Shown here piece by piece: positions 60,716-64,000 of a stretch of 64,000 nt of DNA (position 1 is the first letter of the stretch; each line of letters starts with the position of its first letter). The stretch comes from an uncultured Candidatus Rokubacteria bacterium (GTDB lineage Bacteria; Methylomirabilota; Methylomirabilia; Rokubacteriales; CSP1-6), in the NCBI GenBank assembly GCA_963771355.1, contig CAVYTA010000006.1:832001-896000 (forward strand). The letters are read 5' to 3'. The notes under the pieces are model-generated. The model made no database searches, was not told the origin of the DNA, and worked only from the letters and a program-made list of their open reading frames with translations. A program made the translations under genes and the position numbers.

Positions 60716-61228
60716 ATGAGCGTCACGCTGGTCGTCGCGGGGTTGAGCATTTCGGTCCAGCCCGCCGACACGCAGTCGTCCGCCCCGAGCGCTGGCCTCG
60801 CCTCGATCCGGGCGCGGCTGATCGGGCCGAACGGCGCGCTCCTCGTCGCCCCGCGCAGCGACACCGAGCTCTATGCGGGAACCTTGTCCGCGACCGAGAT
60901 GCCCGAACTGCTGGCGCTGGCGCGAGAGTGCGCCGTCTTGCCCGCGCGCACCGAGATCACCCTGAACGCGAGCCTGGGCGACGCGCCGGTGAAGGTGAAG
61001 GTCGAGCGTGACACGGTCGGACGCCTGGACGTGCAGTTGCGCGGGATCCCGTTCCCGGATCGCGCCCGGCTCTTCGAGCTCGCCGAATCTTTCCTGGCCC
61101 GGGGTGCCTTCGACGTCCGCGGGGAAGGCCCGGTGGCGGGCAAGAACCGCCACCGGCTCACGCAACGTGCCCATCCCGATCGAGTTCGTCAAGGGCGGGC
61201 CCTGACGGCCCCAGACAGGAGAACATGA
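60716..61228 (+). CDS. hypothetical exported protein, possibly frameshifted at the 5' end
   Basis: 170-aa ORF; an SD-led ATG at 60693 lies in another frame. Confidence 0.5.
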   Translation: MSVTLVVAGLSISVQPADTQSSAPSAGLASIRARLIGPNGALLVAPRSDTELYAGTLSATEMPELLALARECAVLPARTEITLNASLGDAPVKVKVERDTVGRLDVQLRGIPFPDRARLFELAESFLARGAFDVRGEGPVAGKNRHRLTQRAHPDRVRQGRALTAPDRRT

Positions 61229-61674
61229 TGGCTCGCATCCGGCGCATCCTGCATCCCACGGACTTCTCCTCCGCCTCACGCGCGGCCTTCAAGCGGGCGC
61301 TCGAACTGGCCCGGACCAGCCGGGCGCAGCTCATCATCGCGCACGTCATCGAGCCCACCGTGCCCATGGTGGGGGAGGGCTACATCCCGCCCCAGACCTA
61401 CGAGGCCATCGAAGCCTCCACGCGCGCGTACGCCAAACGGGGACTCGACAAGGTCGTGAAGCAGGCGCGCAAAGCGGGCGTGCGCGCAACCGCGCGCATC
61501 CTGGAGGGGACACCGCACGAGCGCATCGTGCGGGCGGCCCGGGGGCTACGCGCGGACCTGATCGTCATGGGGACCCATGGCCGGGCAGGCCTGGCGCGCC
61601 TCATCCTCGGCAGCGTGGCCGGGCGCGTGATCGCGATGGCCCACTGCCCGGTCATGACGGTCCGGGGAAAGTAA
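61225..61674 (+). CDS. uspA: universal stress protein
   Basis: ILHPTDFS and DLIVMGTHGR..LGSVA..CPV motifs. Confidence 0.92.
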   Translation: MMARIRRILHPTDFSSASRAAFKRALELARTSRAQLIIAHVIEPTVPMVGEGYIPPQTYEAIEASTRAYAKRGLDKVVKQARKAGVRATARILEGTPHERIVRAARGLRADLIVMGTHGRAGLARLILGSVAGRVIAMAHCPVMTVRGK

Positions 61675-61693
61675 CGGGGCGCTCGGTCCGGAC

Positions 61694-62443
61694 ATGAAGC
61701 CCGATCCGCGCTGGGGAAAGACCCCCGGCCCGCCCACTGTCAACAAATTCCTCGAGGGGCCGCAGCCCCGGCGCTTCGAGAAATGGAGCGCGCTCGATAT
61801 CTTGCGCGAGCTCGTGCGCGGCTTTCGTGCGCTGCACTCCGTCGGGCCATGCGTCACTGTGTTCGGCTCGGCCCGCTTCGGTGAGGACCACAAGTACTAC
61901 GCGCTCGCGCGCGAACTGGGGGCGGGGCTGGCTCGGGCGGGGTTCACGGTGATGACGGGCGGGGGGCCGGGCATCATGGAGGCGGCCAATCGCGGAGCCA
62001 AGGACGTGGGCGGCCGGTCCGTCGGATGCAATATCGAGCTGCCACGGGAACAGTGGCCGAATCCCTATCTGGACCGCTGGATCACCTTCCGGCACTTCTT
62101 CGTCCGGAAGCTCATGCTGATCAAGTACTCATACGCGTTCATCGCGCTGCCGGGCGGCTTCGGCACCCTGGACGAGATCTTCGAGACTGCTACCCTGATC
62201 CAGACCGGGAAGATCCAGCAATTTCCCCTGATTCTGATGGGGAGCGACTACTGGGAGCCGCTGATCGCCCTCCTGCGCGACCGACTCGTGGCAGAGCGCA
62301 CCATTGAGCCGGAGGACCTGGAGCGGATCACGGTGACGGATTCGCCGGAGGAGGCGGTGGAAACAGTCACCCGGGTGGGCATGGATCGCTTCGGCCTCAC
62401 CTACCGGCCGCCACCTCGACGGCGCCGGCTGCTGGGAGAGTGA
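61694..62443 (+). CDS. LOG family protein (TIGR00730-like)
   Basis: FGSAR, TGGGPGIMEA, FFVRK and PGGFGTLDE motifs. Confidence 0.92.
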   Translation: MKPDPRWGKTPGPPTVNKFLEGPQPRRFEKWSALDILRELVRGFRALHSVGPCVTVFGSARFGEDHKYYALARELGAGLARAGFTVMTGGGPGIMEAANRGAKDVGGRSVGCNIELPREQWPNPYLDRWITFRHFFVRKLMLIKYSYAFIALPGGFGTLDEIFETATLIQTGKIQQFPLILMGSDYWEPLIALLRDRLVAERTIEPEDLERITVTDSPEEAVETVTRVGMDRFGLTYRPPPRRRRLLGE

Positions 62444-62458
62444 GGCCGCGAGCGCGGA

Positions 62459-62581
62459 TCAGGCGCGCTTGGCGGCGCGGGCCGGCTTGGCCGGACACAT
62501 CTTGTGCAGCCACACCGAACCGAGCTTGACGTGATTGCCATTCCGGCGGATTCGCAGCTTGCACTTCGGACAGGTACCCAT
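62459..62581 (-). CDS. 40-aa basic zinc-finger microprotein (CxxC-x18-HxxC)
   Basis: SD AAGGAG, then MGTCPKCKLRIRRNGNHVKLGSVWLHKMCPAKPARAAKRA. Confidence 0.7.
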   Translation of the reverse strand: MGTCPKCKLRIRRNGNHVKLGSVWLHKMCPAKPARAAKRA

Positions 62582-62658
62582 CAGTATCTCCTTGGCTTGA
62601 AATCGCCGCCGCCGCGGGCGACAGCAAGGAGAGAGTATACACCGACCCGGGGGGATTC

Positions 62659-62991
62659 GTGAGCGCCGACTGCGTATTCTGCCGCATCGTGGTCCGCCAG
62701 ACACCCGCCGATATCGAGTACGAGGACGATGAGGTCCTCGCTTTCAAGGACATCTACCCCAAGGCTCCGCTTCACCTCCTGATCATCCCCAAGCGGCACA
62801 TCGAATCGCTCGCGAGCCTGGACCCCGATGATACCGCCGTGATGGGACGCTGCATCCAGACCGCGCGAATCCTCGGAGCGCGCGCGGGCTATGGTGACCG
62901 CGGCTACCGCGTCTCCTGTAACGTGGGACCCGAGGGCGGCCAGGTCGTCTACCACGTCCACTTCCACTTGACCGCCGGCCGGCGGAAGTGA
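62659..62991 (+). CDS. histidine triad (HIT) nucleotide-binding protein
   Basis: CVFC, HLLIIPKRH and GQVVYHVHFHL motifs. Confidence 0.92.
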   Translation: MSADCVFCRIVVRQTPADIEYEDDEVLAFKDIYPKAPLHLLIIPKRHIESLASLDPDDTAVMGRCIQTARILGARAGYGDRGYRVSCNVGPEGGQVVYHVHFHLTAGRRK

Positions 62992-63731
62992 TCCGCGTCC
63001 GCGGCCTGCGCAAGCAGTATCCGGGCGGCCCGGTCGCTCTCGACGGCGTCGACCTGGACATCACCGAAGGCGAGCGGGTGGCCCTCATCGGACCGAGTGG
63101 AGCCGGGAAGTCCACGCTCTTGCGCTGCCTGAACGGTTTCGTCCCGCCCACGGACGGCGAGATCCGGGTGGGAGGCGCGAACGTCACGGGCGCCACTGGA
63201 GAGCGCCTCCGGCTGATCCGCGCCGGGATCGGCTTCGTCTTCCAGCAGTTCAACCTGCAGCGCCGCCTCTCCGTGCTCGAGAACGTGCTGATCGGAGGGC
63301 TCGCGCGGGCGCCCCGGCTCCGCTCGCTGCTGGGCCTATTTCCCGTCACTGATACGGTGCGCGCGCGCGCCGCCCTGGACCGGGTGGGGCTCGGCGGGCT
63401 CGACGACCGGCGCGTGGACACGCTGTCCGGAGGGCAACAGCAGCGAGTGGCCATCGCCCGCGTGCTCGTCCAGGAGCCCCGGGTCATCCTGGCTGACGAG
63501 CCCATGGCCAGCCTCGATCCCGCGCTGTCAGAATCAATCCTCGCGCTGCTCCAGCGCATCTCGGACGAGGACGGCATCACGGTGGTGACCTCACTCCATG
63601 TCCTCGATCTCGCGCGCCGGTATAGTCGCCGCGTGATCGGCCTGCGCGGTGGCCGTGTGGCCTATGACGGCTCACCCGAGGACCTCACCGAGGCGGAGGC
63701 GCAACGCATCTTCGCCGCCGCCTCGACCTGA
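62988..63731 (+). CDS. phnC: phosphonate ABC transporter ATP-binding protein
   Basis: GPSGAGKSTLLR, FQQFNL, LSGGQQQRVAIAR and ADEPMASLDP motifs. Confidence 0.88.
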   Translation: MIRVRGLRKQYPGGPVALDGVDLDITEGERVALIGPSGAGKSTLLRCLNGFVPPTDGEIRVGGANVTGATGERLRLIRAGIGFVFQQFNLQRRLSVLENVLIGGLARAPRLRSLLGLFPVTDTVRARAALDRVGLGGLDDRRVDTLSGGQQQRVAIARVLVQEPRVILADEPMASLDPALSESILALLQRISDEDGITVVTSLHVLDLARRYSRRVIGLRGGRVAYDGSPEDLTEAEAQRIFAAAST

Positions 63732-64000
63732 TGCGAGCCTCCCGCTGGGTGGGTTGGGCCGCCATCATCGGACTTTTCCTCTGGTCGGCGGCCGCGACCG
63801 AGCTCTCGGCCGGCCGGCTGATCGAGGGTTCCCCGTACATGCTGGACTTCCTCCGACGCATGGTCCCACCGGACTTTTCCGTCCTCCGTCACGCGCTCAC
63901 CGGCGCGATGCAGACCTTCCAGATCGCGGTGGTGGGCACCGGGATCGCAGCCCTCCTCGCGTTGCCGATGGGCTTTGCGGCGGCGCGCAATGTCGCTCCC
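63731..64000 (+). CDS. phnE: phosphonate ABC permease (partial, runs off the right edge)
   Basis: MRASRWVGWAAII..RMVPPDF..QTFQIAVVGT..LALPMGFAAARN. Confidence 0.85.
   Translation, partial: MRASRWVGWAAIIGLFLWSAAATELSAGRLIEGSPYMLDFLRRMVPPDFSVLRHALTGAMQTFQIAVVGTGIAALLALPMGFAAARNVAP

Noticed and set aside
60549..62991. Genomic island integrated at tRNA-Ala
   Set aside because: No integrase and no repeat of the tRNA 3' end seen; downstream genes (uspA, LOG, HIT) are ordinary.

Overview
High-GC bacterial chromosomal window. Gene content and style suggest a Rokubacteria/Methylomirabilota-like organism, which is inference only. It is densely coding, with about 70 genes and one tRNA-Ala(CGC); no CRISPR array, integrase or transposase was seen. 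Main blocks: a CHASE3-PAS-GAF diguanylate cyclase cut by the left edge; a Liv-type ABC importer with a large uncharacterised gene inserted; an ABC-2 exporter plus a His-rich Ni transporter; moeA, rhodanese and split transketolase; an RRM protein, a SplB-like radical SAM protein and a DsbA-TPR-PolB operon; SDR, CoA-transferase and PhoD genes; a thrC-like/sulfur-carrier/NIL/aminotransferase operon; rlmN-mtaB-mtnP-pfkB-larE-larB-larC; a form II CoxSLM-like molybdenum hydroxylase cluster with maturation genes and sufU/sufS; nfeD-slipin; tRNA-Ala; uspA, LOG, HIT and phnC/phnE. Most notable: two genes that the ORF track splits at an in-frame TGA placed exactly at the redox-active Cys, each followed by a SECIS-like hairpin. 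These are probable selenoproteins: an exported U-x-C rhodanese and a U-P-W-C DsbA/FrnE protein heading the TPR-PolB operon. Also notable: a riboswitch-like leader before the thrC-like sulfur-carrier operon, nickel-pincer cofactor genes with no larA nearby, and a 40-aa LIM-like zinc-finger microprotein.
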